Shown: positions 12,501-25,399 of the stretch, piece after piece
Layout: each line of letters begins with the position of its first letter
Numbering within the stretch: position 1 is the first letter of the stretch
Source: Vicugna vicugna
Taxonomy: Eukaryota
Length of the DNA: 64,000 nt
Direction of reading: 5' to 3'
Assembly (NCBI GenBank): GCA_013265495.1
Contig: MU057711.1
Location: 310,001 to 374,000, forward strand
Position numbers and translations under genes: made by a program
The notes under the pieces: model-generated
Databases searched by the model: none
What the model was told of the DNA's origin: nothing
The model's input: only the letters and a program-made list of their open reading frames with translations

Positions 12501-13725
12501 GTTACACAGTGGAATACTATTCAGCCATAAAAATGACAACATAACGCCATTTGCAGCAACATAGATGTCCCTGGAGAATGTCATTCTAAGTGAAGCAAGC
12601 CAGAAAGAGAAAGAAAAATACCATATGAGACTGCTCATATGTGGAATCTAAAAAAAAAAACAAAACAAAACACATAAATATAAAACAGAAACAGACTCAT
12701 AGACACAGAATACAAACTTGTGGTTGCCAGGGGTGGGGAGGAGTGGAAAGGGACAGACTGGGAGTTCGAAATTTGTAGATACTGACAGGCATATGTAGAA
12801 TAGATAAACAAGATTATACTGGATAACACAGGGAAATATATACAAGATCTGTGGTAGCTCACTGTGAAAAAGAATTTGACAATGAATATATGCATGTTTA
12901 TGTATAACTGAAAAATTGTACTCCACACTGGAAATTGACATAACATTGTAAACTGACTATAACTCAATAAAATTAAATTAAATTAAATTAAAAGTGTAGC
13001 TGGAATGATGGAAATAGAAACAATAATAATTGTTGTAGGCAGGACCCATCAATGGATGCTGTATTTAGTGGGTGGAAGTATGATGAGAAATAGAAAATTT
13101 GCATAATTTTGAAGTGTTTCCATTCAAGATACTTTTTAATTGCAAAAGGCAAAATAGTAACTTTACAGTGAACAAGAAACCCAGTAGACTCCACCTTAAC
13201 CAGATGATCAAGGTTAACATCACCAGTAATAAGACCCATCAACATCACATACCCCCTGATATGATGTACTGTAGAGGATACAACCATTTCTGGGCATTCT
13301 TGCGAAAAATTCATGATCTAAGTCTAATCATGAGGAAACGTCAGACAAACCTAAATTGAGGTATGTTCTACAGAATAACTGACATTTCTAAAATGTCAAA
13401 GTCGTGAAAGATAAAGGAAGATTGAGGAACTGTCACAGATTAGAGGAGCCTAAGGAGACTTGGAAATTAAATCCAGTGTAGGGTCCTGGATTGGATCTAC
13501 AATGAAACAAGAAAATTTGTGGTGAAATTGGCAAAATTTGAATAAGGTCCATAGAGTAATAGTATTGTATCAATGTTTATTTCCTGGTTTCGATAGTTAT
13601 ACTATTGGTTATGCAAGATGACAGAAGTAGAAGAAGCTGAGTAAAAAGGAACTTTGTTAATTTGTTTTTACTTTTCTGTAAGTCTAAGATTTTTCAAAAT
13701 AAAAAGCCAAAAAAATAAAAACAAA
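9575..13725 (+). mobile_element. Old L1 (L1MC/L1MD-like): degraded ORF2 3' end plus long 3' UTR, interrupted by a younger L1
   Basis: Typical L1 ORF2 motifs (AGTCCAGAAATAGACCC, CACACAATGGAATACTAT) and an A-rich end near 13700-13723. Subfamily assigned by eye. Confidence 0.75.
12113..12991 (+). mobile_element. Younger 5'-truncated L1 (ORF2 C-terminus, 3' UTR and tail)
   Basis: ORF 12113-12493 is the L1 ORF2 C-terminus ([29 protein letters not shown] motif). AATAAA and (AAATT)n tail. TSD AAGTGTAGATAGAA (12099-12112) and AAGTGTAGCTGGAA (12992-13005). Confidence 0.92.
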
Positions 13726-14640
13726 GGAGAGTTCTAAAATAATTCTCTCCTCCACTGTGAGTATTCACACATTTCTACTTTTTATGTTCTAAGCAAACAT
13801 CTCCTTTTTATAGTATTAACCATGACCTCATAGAACTCTGAAAATACATTTTTTTAAATTGTCACCAAACAAGGGGAATAGGAAAAGACATCAAATGCAG
13901 AGTATAGGATTTTCAGTTTGCACACCGATTATCCAAAGTAAAACATCACCAAGGAATACCTACTCCTTCGGACTTTTTCTCTTTAGCATAGCACTGAACC
14001 CAGCCACACAAGTCTGGGTCTGGGAAAACAAACTGTACATCCGAAAAAGATGCCTCTCTCACTTACATAGTTATGTAACTTTATTGGTCATCTTTTACCA
14101 CAAGAAAAATGTCTTTTTTGTTTGTTTGTTTACTGCATCCTGCATAGCTGTTTTCACACCTAGAAATATTGTGGGTCATGACATGCCTGCCTTGTGGTTG
14201 ATGACATATTTCACTCTGCTGTCTGTTTTAATACCAGTGTAAAAAAATTTGTATTTGTTCCTGTCTTCAGCTTTTGGAAGAATATACTCCTATGTCATTT
14301 GTGTATACTTTTCAAATTATGCAAATTTTGCATCTTTACCAGTTTGTGAATGAAGTTAACTATTATATCTTTAAGATTTAACATTTAATCCATGAAAAGG
14401 AGAGATCTAGAATTTTGGCTCATCACTATATGTTGTTACGATATGTAAGAGTTTGTAGCTGATTTTTCAGCACTGGTACTTTGACCACTTTTAAATAGAA
14501 AACTATAAAGTTTAACGTAAAATATAAAGTTTAAAATAAGATAATTTCATTAGCTCCATCATGCCTTTTTTGAGCATTCATCTACTAATCAAATGTTTAT
14601 TGAGCACCTTTCTGGGAGAAGGGTAGGGGAGCAATCAAGC

Positions 14641-14704
14641 TATATATATATGTAGGGGTGTGTGTGTGTGTGTGTGCATGTATGTGTATGTATGTATATA
14701 TATA
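14641..14704. repeat. Compound (TA)n/(TG)n microsatellite in a PHKB intron
   Basis: Directly visible. Confidence 0.9.
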
Positions 14705-15095
14705 ATGTCCATGGCTTCATGGAGTTTAACACTGTATTGTGTATCAGGACCACATAAACTTATTCTGAAATTGGCTGCTCCTATGTTTTTAAACTGAGCT
14801 GCTTTGCATATTAGAAAATATTTGATCACATAATGAGTTGTAAGAAACTTACTAGAGAATAACATTTTGCCTGTTCAATTTTTTAGCATCTTGGGGATTT
14901 TCTCCTTTCCTGCAGAGCTCTGTTTTCACTATGAAATATTTAGTAACCTCTATAACACATGGTAGATATGCATCATTGATGGATTTTGGCTTTTACCTCT
15001 CACCCTCTTGGAACAGTTAATCCATATAAAAGCCCTGCTTTCTACACAAACAGGCTTGTTTTTTCAAAACTGAGGCGTTTTCTTTTGGTCTACAG

Positions 15096-15225
15096 ATGTT
15101 GGCTGAACCGGCGTCAGATCGATGGGTCTTTGAACAGAACTCCCCCTGGGTTCTATGACAGAGTGTGGCAGATCCTGGAGCGCACACCCAACGGCATCAT
15201 TGTAGCCGGGAAGCATTTGCCACAG
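15096..15225 (+). CDS. PHKB: PHKB internal coding exon
   Basis: Acceptor ggtctacAG, donor GTacag. 130 nt. Translates (R)[43 protein letters not shown], in phase with the previous exon. Confidence 0.97.
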
Positions 15226-16114
15226 GTACAGCCCCACTGTGTTTGTGTCAGTAAAAGGCCTTCCGAAGGGACCGGAAGGAGCAGATAATTCTTTCCCCTC
15301 TGCATTCGAATAACCTTTCTGCTTTCTGCTTATGCCGTTCTCTAAGAGTGCTTAAAAGAGGGGTATCTGCATACCTGAAGAGAGAGAAGAAGTCTAAGAA
15401 GTCTGATCCATTGGATTGGAGATATTTTTTCCCAGTCGGAGGTCCTTTTATTTTTCTGTTTTAGTGTTCCTCAGTACAGAAGCCTTGCCGTAGTTACCAA
15501 ACGGATATTTTGCTTAAAAGTAGTGTTTTAATTAAAAAAAAGTTTGTATTATCATATTTCAGATGTTTCAAGGAAGTACTCTGTTTAAAGGAACCATATG
15601 GCCATACCTTTTGCCAAGCAGTCTGTTTTTCCTTTGTTTGTTATTAGTGAATTTAGGGTTTCTCTTGTTGGCATTACTGTGAATGGTGGCTTTCCTTGAC
15701 TACCAAGTGGTAGTGGGCCAGTGCTGGGGGGCCTCACAGACAGTAAAACATACATTTAAGACAGAACCAAATCAGTCCCAAAAAACAAGATGGCTCAGTA
15801 ATGCTGTGGATAAGGAAATTACTAGTTAAAAATCATGTTGAATGTGGAAAGTGCAGTAATTTTTAGGTCACTAGAAAATCACTTGTTTTACTCAAGTTGT
15901 AGCTTACTGTTGTCCGTGTCCTCTCCTGCAGATGGTTTCTCAAGTTATGTAAACTGTCCTGCTTCTTTGATTTAATTATTTAATCCTGACACCTAAATCA
16001 TTCTGCCTGTGCAAAAATGTGAATAATTAGGCCTTCTGAAAATGAAGTACTGTATTTATTTCATTTGAAAATCAGCAAAATTATTTTTCATGAAAGTATA
16101 CAAATAAAGTATTC

Positions 16115-16367
16115 TTTTTTATTAAAGTATAGTTGATTTTCAATATTATATTTTAGGTATACAACATAGTGGTTCAATGTTTTTATGGATTATACTCCAT
16201 TAAAGTTATTATAAAATGTTGGCTATGTCCCTGCGCTGTACAATATACACTTGTAGCTTATTTATTTTATAGATGGTGGTTTATACGTCTTAATCCCCTT
16301 TTCCTACCATGCCCCTTCCCCTTCCCTCTCGCTCTGGTAACCACTAGTTTGATCTCTTTATCTGTGA
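16115..16367 (-). mobile_element. L1 3'-end fragment
   Basis: Poly-T followed by AAGTATAGTTGATTT.., the reverse complement of the kind of L1 3' terminus seen at ~12700-12970. Confidence 0.75.
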
Positions 16368-16899
16368 AAATCAAATATTCTTCCCACACACACCCATACT
16401 CATTTTGTTTATATGTACATAGAGTGTTTTTGAAAGGACCCACAAGAAATTGGTAGCATTGTTTGCCTTTGGGAAAAGAAACTGTGGTCTGGGTTGGGGA
16501 ACAGGGCGAGCTTTTCACTGAAAACCCTTTCTAACCTTTCAGTTTTGAACTTTGCAAATCTATTACTTAGTCACAAAAAAATGAATAAGAACTTTGTAAA
16601 AAGTATGCTTTATGCTGTTCACACACTGTTGAGTGGTTTTCATTGGTTGCCAGTATAGGTGCTCCAGCCCTTTCCCAGACACTCCATGACTGCTGTGTGG
16701 AGCAGCTCTGTCCCCTGTGGGCCGGGAACCAACCTCTGCTGTTCACGTCCTGCTTCTTCTGCTGGGCCCCAGGTCTGCCTACAGTGGGCTGCGGCAGCCT
16801 TTTCTTGGCTTCTTTCCCAAGCCCGGTGTTACCAACCAGATTTTCCTCTAATTGTCTGATTGCCTGGGCCACTTACTTAGTATTCCCTCTTTGTTAACA

Positions 16900-17060
16900 A
16901 CTATATGTTAAGTATTTTTATGTGCCAGGCACTTTTCTAATCCTCACAACACTCCTTTGAGGTAGGTGCTTTATTATTACCATTTAACAAGTGAGGAAGC
17001 TGAAGCCGAGCTAAGTGATTTTCCCGTGGTCACACATCTGGGAAGCAGCCGACCCAGAGA
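16900..17060 (-). mobile_element. MIR SINE
   Basis: TGTGCCAGGCAC..AATCCTCACAAC..GAGGAAGCTGA core. Confidence 0.7.
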
Positions 17061-17313
17061 GTGACCCCTTCCCCAGCAGTTTGATTTCTGAGCCTTTTCC
17101 CTTCTTCGTTGCACTTTCTACTTCTTTCAGAGAGTGGAAAATAAGGCAACCTTGTTGTCTCTTCCCTAGGTTTGATTGTCATATTGCATACCAGCTAGGC
17201 TGACTTTTCAGATGAAATATATTAAAGGGAAATTGATGTGAAACTACGAAAGGATGTTGCTTTCCTTCTGTAACCCCAGTGATCTCATTGCTAGACATAC
17301 ACAGTTATAATTA

Positions 17314-17570
17314 CAGGCATACCTGTGATATTGCAGGTTTGGTCCTAGACCATCTCAATAAAGCAAGCTACACAAATATTTTGGTTTCCCGGTTTATTTA
17401 AAAGTTATATTTACACTATACTGTAGCCTGTTAAGTGTGCAATAGCAGTATGTCTAAAAAAAATCCAAATTACGTACCTTAAAGAAAAATACTTTATTGC
17501 TAAAAAATGCTAACCATCATCCGACAACACAGGGTTGCCAAATCAAAGCACAGTAAAAAAGGTATGCCTG
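17314..17570. mobile_element. Internally deleted Tigger1-type (TcMar) DNA transposon
   Basis: Terminal inverted repeats CAGGCATACCT and AGGTATGCCTG, with TA target duplications at 17312-17313 and 17571-17572. Confidence 0.88.
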
Positions 17571-18525
17571 TACCTTGTTCAGCAGCCAGGCTTCATTTTC
17601 CCCAAATTGGGTACTACCTGTAAACATTAACAGTATGTTGGATTGTATTGAATATAGAATACAACAGATGGACCATATTGAATATAGGACCGAGGCATTA
17701 TTATACTGGGCAGAATTACATTGCTATCACTTGATTGAAAGGGGACATTTCTGCTGGGTCCCAGTTTGAGTGGTAAGTAGATACACATTGTTCTGAGGCT
17801 ATGATTAAGTTCACTGTAAACTTGGTTATAATTCTGATGACTCCATCTGCTTTCTACCATACAAGCCTAACGTTTAGAGCCTTTCCTTCCATCCTTTGAA
17901 GAGTGTCCACCATGCCCAGATTTGGTTTGGATTTGAGTTTATTTTCTGCTTTCATTCAGTTTGTGAAAAGTAAATGGAAGATTTTGCAACACTCTTGTTT
18001 TAAAAGAAATATAAAGAGTAGAGTAGAGAAACTCTTTTAGTTTTACCTTTTTCTGTATTTGCTTGCCATTTCTGCAAATAATGTTTTTGCTTATTTGTGT
18101 GCATTTTTTTGCCACCAGCGCAGAAAGGACCTGCCACAGAAATGATGTTAATTCAGTAGCAAGTGACTTACATGCTGAAGTCTGACAGCAAGCATAACTT
18201 CTTGCATTAATTCTGAAAGCAATTATGTACTCTTATTTGTTGTCTCAATTTTTATCTGTTCCTTTTATGTATTGAAGTGGCTTTCTAATGCAGTCCCTTT
18301 TCCTTAAGAACAATATGGTGAAGATAACTACTAAAAACAGGTTTAATTTATTACAGTAGTGAGCAGGTTGGCTTCAGTAGGTTGACATATATAAAATTCA
18401 GTCATATAGCTGAAAATGCTCTCTTAAGGTTTTGTAGAAGCTGGAAAATAATCAAAAATGAAATTCCTCTACTAGGCAGGAACCAGAGTACAACCATGCA
18501 GCAAGTTAAATGTTATTTTTTTCAG

Positions 18526-18633
18526 CAACCAACCTTGTCAGACATGACCATGTATGAGATGAATTTCTCTCTCCTTGTGGAAGACATGTTGGGAAATATT
18601 GACCAGCCGAAGTACAGACAGATCGTTGTGGAG
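18526..18633 (+). CDS. PHKB: PHKB internal coding exon
   Basis: Acceptor tttttttcAG, donor GTttgt. 108 nt. Translates [36 protein letters not shown]. Confidence 0.97.
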
Positions 18634-20588
18634 GTTTGTATCTAAAAATGTAGATTACTAAAGAAGTGCTTTCTGTCTGCTCCCTGAAAGCTGCCCAAGA
18701 GACCAGGAGCTCCACTCCTCACCTCACCCAGTTCTCCCTCTGTTTGAGTCCCGGAGAGGATGGCCATCCTTGACCCAAGTCAAGGCACATGGACAATTCA
18801 AACATCGTAAATCCTGACTGCGCACCTTTTTCAGCTGCGTGCTCACCCCCACAGTAAATGCATCAGCACCATAAAAGAGAGGAAGTGATCTTTTTTTTAT
18901 TTGTTTCATTTTCAGTCTTTTCTGTTTATGGAAATCATGCATGACTATTGTAGAAAGTTTTAATAGTTCAGAAAATTACAGAAAAGAAAGCAAAAAATTT
19001 TCCTCTGTACCTACTAGCAGTAGATCATCACTGTTGATATTCTGAGGGACAACTTTCCAAATACCTCTCCATGAATAGAGAAGGCATGTAATTTTCTGTA
19101 TCATCACTGCTCTGTGTAAAAGTTAAATGCTAAAATACACACGCGTACATGCACATGTGTACACATGCCTTTATGACATTTTAAAACATTATACGCAATA
19201 AATAGAGAATCTTCCCAAATGAATGGGTATAATTTATAGCTCATCTTCCCTTTGTCTCTCGGGGGATGTCTCCATGAGACTATGTGTTTCTTGGAGGGCA
19301 GATAATGTGTCTCATTGATACAGAAGCTCTCAGTGAGTGCTGAGCAGGGTGTGGCACCTCCTAAAATCCAGCACTTCTGGAGCTACAGTCAGCTGAGTGA
19401 AATTCAGCCTTATCTCTGATGTGCCAGGATTTGGAAAGAGTGTCAACCAATCAGTCTCATAGCATGTGGGAAGGAGGCAGAGACTGGAGTCAAGAAAACA
19501 TGGGGTTAGTAGAAGGGTGGATGCCTTCCTTGTGCTGTGAACCTTTTGGTATCTTTTGCCCAGTATCCGGGACCTACAGTGCACATGGAGAGCCCTAAAA
19601 TGAGGTCATTCTCTTTGCAGAAGAAATTTTCCAATAGAACCTGAGAAAAACTTTGATTTTTTTTTTTTTTTTTTGGCTAAAGCCCTGCCCCAAGCTCTCC
19701 CACATTGTGACCCTGGATTTTTTCCTTTGGTTCTTTCAGATTCTGTTTTAGAAGCATTTCAGTAAGTACAGAGAGAAGGATTCCCAAGCTGGGAACTATG
19801 AGGCCTTTTTCCTGTTCCATGTACAAAGTAGGAGCCATAATGATCATCAGAAAGTCTCCACCAAGCATTGTATACTCATACAATCTTTGCGTATTAGAGT
19901 TTGTCATGTAAAATGGGTATTAGTACTTAGGATACATGTATGGGGTAGCCAGACAGTTGGATGATGCATTAAACTAACAGCTTATACAGACCAAATAGTA
20001 TTCATGTCAGAAGGAGGTCAGAGTTAAATGTGTTGTTTAAAATATAACCATCCCCTGAGAAATACCGCATCATTACAGCATCACACTCATTTTGGGGTGT
20101 GAGCCTAGATCCAGTCTCTGCTGAGCTCGGCTGCTTCCTCTGGCTTTGTTGCCCACCGCCTCTTCTGGGGTGGCCTCTGCCCCACTGGACACTGGATTTG
20201 GTATCTTGCCACCAAGGATGAACACCTGAAGGCCAGAGAGAGTTCAGACACTTTGGGTGAATGGGGCACTAGGTACTATAGTCAGGATTAGGAAAGTCAT
20301 TTTTTCTGAGTTACTAATTTCATTTAAGTGACTGGAAAACATTTCTGTACAGCTACAGAGGGATACATACAATGAAAAAAAAGTTCTGTTCCAAACAGAA
20401 CTGATGGTAGTACTAATTTACAGGATTAGGAAGATTCCATCAATAGATGACCCTAGAGCGCATCATTGTACAGAACACACTGTGGGATATGCGGCTCATC
20501 CATCAGTCTGAATAAAGAATGGAAACCTAACCAGACTCTGTTGCTTTTATAGTTCATATAATTGGCTTTCAATGTCTGTCTCCTCTAG

Positions 20589-20729
20589 TTACTAATGGTT
20601 GTATCCATTGTACTGGAAAGAAACCCTGAGCTAGAATTTCAAGACAAAGTCGACCTAGACAAACTGGTGAAAGAAGCATTTCATGAATTCCAAAAAGATG
20701 AGAGTCGGCTGAAGGAAGTTGAAAAGCAA
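20589..20729 (+). CDS. PHKB: PHKB penultimate coding exon
   Basis: Acceptor tcctctAG, donor GTaagt. 141 nt. Translates [47 protein letters not shown]. Not in the ORF track. Confidence 0.97.
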
Positions 20730-21378
20730 GTAAGTAGAGAAAATAGCTTTTGGTAGAATTTTTTCTTTGGCTCAGTTCTTCAAAATATCCCTAATCTCAT
20801 ATCCCTTAACTCACAAAACAGATTTACAGAGTACAAAGTAGAGTACTTGCCGGGAAGAGGGAAGTCTGATTTATTTGAGGAATTACTGTTACTTTTTAGT
20901 TAATTACTAGTCAATTCAGCTGTGAAGTTCTGACTAAAAAGAAATCTCGGAAGAAGTAAATTTCCTTTATATAGTTAGCAGTTAAAATGTGTTCTACCAA
21001 AAAAGGAGCCATAGATTCTAGAAGGCCATAAAATTAAATACTGGGGAGGCTGGGCATGAGTAACAGGCTACATTGGTGCTGTGTGACTACCTAATACAGT
21101 CCCTTCCAGGCCTGTTTAATATTTTATGCTTATTCATAAAAAGGTTCCCTAAGTAAACAAAAATTATCAGCAAAGGGGAGAATACTAAAAATGTCTGTCT
21201 TTGTTTTATATGCTGAGAAGACACCTCAGGAAAATAAAAGAAAAACTCAAGAAGCTCATATTTTCCATGAGGAAATCTTTCTGTGAATTTATTTTTCCCT
21301 CTAGGCTGACAGTGATTTTATCTGTCAACTCTTTACAAACAAAAAATGAAAGGATTTGCTTACTGTTTTCATTTGTAG

Positions 21379-21516
21379 GATGACATGACTTCCTTTTACA
21401 ACACTCCCCCCCTGGGAAGAAGAGGAACATGCAGCTATTTGACAAAGGTGGTGATGAATTCGCTGCTGGACGGAGAAGTCAAGCCGAGCAATGACGACTC
21501 GTGTCTGGTTAGCTAG
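21379..21516 (+). CDS. PHKB: PHKB last coding exon, ending in CaaX farnesylation motif CLVS
   Basis: Acceptor atttgtAG. Translates [45 protein letters not shown], with TAG at 21514-21516. Confidence 0.97.
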   Translation, partial: DDMTSFYNTPPLGRRGTCSYLTKVVMNSLLDGEVKPSNDDSCLVS

Positions 21517-22290
21517 TGAGGAAGGTGTAAGAGACCCTGTTGAGACACATTTCCTAGAAATGTGTTAAGTTTTGTGTTGACCTTAGTCAAGGCAGCCATG
21601 TATGTATGTGTGTGTGTGTGTGGGTGTGGGCTGATCATGCTGATGTGGGGGTTGCTGCGCCCTTGGCAGAGTTACTGGACCTCTTGCATGCCATAGCCAA
21701 CCTGATGGTAAGAAATGCTTTCAATCAAGTGAAAAAAAGTTCTCATGTTTATGCCAACTACAGTAATAATGAACAATAGAAGTAGTTTATGAATTGAAAG
21801 TTCACCACTGCATGTTTTACGATCACATAGCTCATCAAAATGAATCTTTGCACTGTGGACTGAATTCCCACCTTACTGCCAATTAAAATGAATTTGCGAA
21901 CTAGTAATGCATACTGGGAATCAAAATATATTGAAAGAACGGTCAGTTTTTGTAACTAGCATTGTCATGCCAGGAAAAGATTAATATGCATCAGAAAAGC
22001 AAAATCAGCCAGCTGATATTTTGATTATCAAACTGTATTGTTGATAACATTTTAGTATACAGAGCTATTGTACAATTTTTAACCTTGTAAACATGATTGT
22101 GGTTTTATATTTATGCTAACTATAGGGGTTTGAACTAAAATACAGTGTAATATTGTCTATACCTGATCAAATATTTCCTTTGAGCTCTTATGTGTAAGAT
22201 TGTTCAGCAGCATGGACTGTTAACCTAGTTTGTACTGGTAAAAACAAAATTAAGAATTAAAAGTCAATAAATTTTATTTCTGAATTAATG
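21517..22290 (+). other. PHKB: PHKB 3' UTR (end approximate)
   Basis: Follows the stop codon, is AT-rich, has a GT-rich tract at ~21597-21630, and runs to the first canonical AATAAA. Confidence 0.65.
22266..22271 (+). terminator. Candidate polyadenylation signal of PHKB
   Basis: AATAAA about 750 nt after the stop, preceded by ATTAAA and followed by U-rich sequence. More distal sites are possible. Confidence 0.6.
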
Positions 22291-23591
22291 AATATATCTG
22301 GATACATTCTTTATTCTCATTATTCACAATGTTGAGTTTATTACTCCTGAATATTTTCATTTAATTGATCGGGAGGTGAAATGGAAGAGAATTTATGGTA
22401 CCTACCATTACACGTAGTTTGCTACCAAATTTACTTAAGCAAACATTGGTGAAAATATCAAGTAGATTAAACATTTAAATTTGATGAATTTATTTCCTTA
22501 CTGAATGTTACAATGAAGCTCATTAATTTGAGCCCTGGCCCCAAAGAGAGTCATTTTTATGGCCTAAGTATTACGGAGTTTCACCTGAGAAGTCAAATAT
22601 GTCACATAAAAATGCAGCCCACTTGTAGAGTCTTGAAAGGATTTAAAGAAAGGACAAGTAGGTTTGGTTGCCAGTCAAATTGATATCAAGTAAATGGATA
22701 CATGAACACATGGAAAATCTGAAGAAATCAGGCACATCCCTCATAATTTTGAGGCACACTGCCTAGGTCTTGCGTAAGAAATTATATGTGCAAAATAGAG
22801 AAAAATGAGGCAGATCTGACTATAGAACATTTTTTTGGAGGAATCGGAATAATAAATAACATCTATTCGGAATCTGTTATGTAGTAAGTGTTTCACATGA
22901 ATTTTAGTATCAAGTTTGCATACTGGTTCATATGAAATAGAAACTGTCATCCCAGCTTTGCTGGTAAGAATACTAATACTAAGGTCCAGATTATGTCATA
23001 AATTCCTCTACCTGTAGTATGAAGAGTAATTCAGTTTGCTCTGTGTCTTTACCAAATCTATGTACTTTTCACTAATCTTTTCACTAATCTCCCCCAGATT
23101 GTGATTTTTTTTTCCCCTTTAATGGACTGTGGCCTTAGAATGCCACGTTTCCAGGTAAACTCACTAGGGAGAAGCCAGCAACAGTGGCTGCAGGCTGCGG
23201 GCATCCTTCTGCAAGAACCCTGGCTTAAGGCTGTCTTTCCCGATTGCAGTCTTTGATTCTAAACCAGTCACGGGGTTCTGTCCACAACCATGATCTTACT
23301 GGATTACAAATCACTTTTGCAAGCCTCTAGATGACTGTTGTAAGTGCTCATCGCACACAGAATTCCTCACTGATCAATTTGAGTTTTTCCCTTTGATTCA
23401 GAACAATTGATGAAAAGCAAAAACCATGAGTCTGGCTCTGAAAAAATTCCAAGAGATAGTTAACATAAATAATAGAAAATAAAAGTGGTATCACTGAAAT
23501 AAGTGTTTTATCTCTATAATTTGAAAGAGCTAGAACAATTTATATTTGGCAATGAGAATTTATTTGAGTACAAGAAGTCAGTCAAACTCCA

Positions 23592-23956
23592 CAGTCATCC
23601 CTTGGTATCCACAGGGAATTGGTTCCAGGACGCTGCCCGCCCCCAGCCCAGGGATACCAAAATCCATGGATGTTCAAGTTTCTTATATAAAATGGCATAG
23701 TATTTGCATATGACCTACACACATCCTCCTGTATATACTTTAAATCATCTCTAGATTACTTATAATTCCTAACACAGTATAAATGCTGTAGAGATAGTTG
23801 TAAACACAATGTAAATGCTATGTAAATTGTTGCCAGTGCACTGCAAATTCAAGTTTTGCTTTTTGAAACTTTCTGGAATTTATTTTTCTGAATATTTTTA
23901 ACCCATGGATGATTGAATCCATGGATGCAAAACGCATGGATACAGAGAGCCAACTA
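23592..23956. mobile_element. MER2-like Tigger non-autonomous DNA transposon
   Basis: Ends CAGTCATCCCTTGGTATCC and GGATACAGAGAGCCAACT form degenerate TIRs. About 365 bp. Confidence 0.8.
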
Positions 23957-24707
23957 TACAAAAAACACACACATTATATTTCTTGTGAACTTTGTATGTT
24001 TATTGCATAAAAATGCACCTTTTTTTGAGTGACCAAAAAAAACAAAGAGCTTGTTCTGTTACATATTTGATTCTCTTTTTCCTTGGCCTAAAAAAAAAGT
24101 AGTTAATGGTGCTTTCTTACTTACCTTGAAGAAATACTGAAGATTCATTAGATTTGCATGAAATAATCTGAACTCCTTGAAAAAACGGCACTAATAAATA
24201 TTTGAATGGGAAAAATTAAAATGCACATATATTCATATAGATTCAATTCCTATTTATATTTGTATATTAAATTCATATTTATACACATATGTATAATTTT
24301 TCCTCACAAATATACACACACACATAGATTTGCCTTTTCGTTTGTTTGCTTATTTATAATAGTGAAAATATTTCAAGGAAATCCTTTGTGGGTCTTGTGG
24401 CTCTTTGAGGAAATAACCTTTTAAAATGTCTGGAACGTGTGTTGAGAAAAAGAAATGACTGCACATTTTCTTGAGAAGAAAAAGCGACTTCACAGTGCCC
24501 AAAATGGCTTAGAGTAATAGTTTTTTTTTGTTTTTTTTTTTTTCACTGTATTCTTTTCTCTTCCCCCCACCTCCATGCAGATGCAGAAAACAGGTAATAA
24601 GTGAGCATGGACATTCCTTAAAATATGGCTTATAATGTAAGGTTTCTTTTAATAGTGTGGTTAAAGAGGAAGATAACTTGAACTGGAATTAATAATTTAG
24701 GTACTTT

Positions 24708-25312
24708 TGAGACAGGAAGGGGGCAGAGCACAGCCATTCAAGGAATGATACAGCAATTAACATCAAAACGGTGGAAGATTCAACCCCCAGTAGGCCTTGA
24801 GGCTCAAGATGGTGGGAGATTTGATCTCGAGTAGAACTTCATTATACGCCCACTGTAATATATTAACATGGTAAATAACATGCCCATGGCAGTCCCAAGG
24901 CTAGCCGCAAAAGGTCAGAGTGGGAAATGGCCGGCTTCCTGGGAATCCCAGCCCCCTCCCCAGGCTAGTTACACTGGTCCTTCCACTTATTAGCATATGA
25001 AGCCACCAAGCCTGGAAGAACTGGCAACACCTCTCTCTCTCCCACCTCTTCAGAGAAGTCCCACACCCTGTCTGTGGAGTGTGGACCTACTTTTACTCTA
25101 ATCTGAGCACCCAACCCCCTCACCTCGTGGCCTTTCTCTTGCCTTTCCATGTATCTCTCTAAATAAATCTTCCTTTACTCGACTGTGGCTCGCTCTTGAA
25201 TTCTTTCCTGCACAAAGCCAAGGACCCACACTTGGCGGGGCACGTCCCAGGGGCTCAACTGAAGCCTGGGACACGGCCCTCCTCACGCCCCACATCCGTT
25301 TTTCCTGCATCA
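24708..25312 (+). mobile_element. ERV1-type solo LTR
   Basis: TG...CA termini with inverted ends TGAGACAGGAA and TTCCTGCATCA. AATAAA at 25162. 4-bp flanks CTTT/CTTC. Confidence 0.82.
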
Positions 25313-25399
25313 CTTCCATCCTGCTTTTAGGTTTGTGCATTCAGGAAAAAAATTGCTGCTTATTTGTCTTTTCTTCTTTCTTTTGTTCTTGTTGTTGTT

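Noticed and set aside
14986..15288. ORF-track proteins 14986-15288 and 18382-18645 as standalone genes
   Set aside because: They are PHKB exons extended into intron sequence. The splice sites define the real boundaries.
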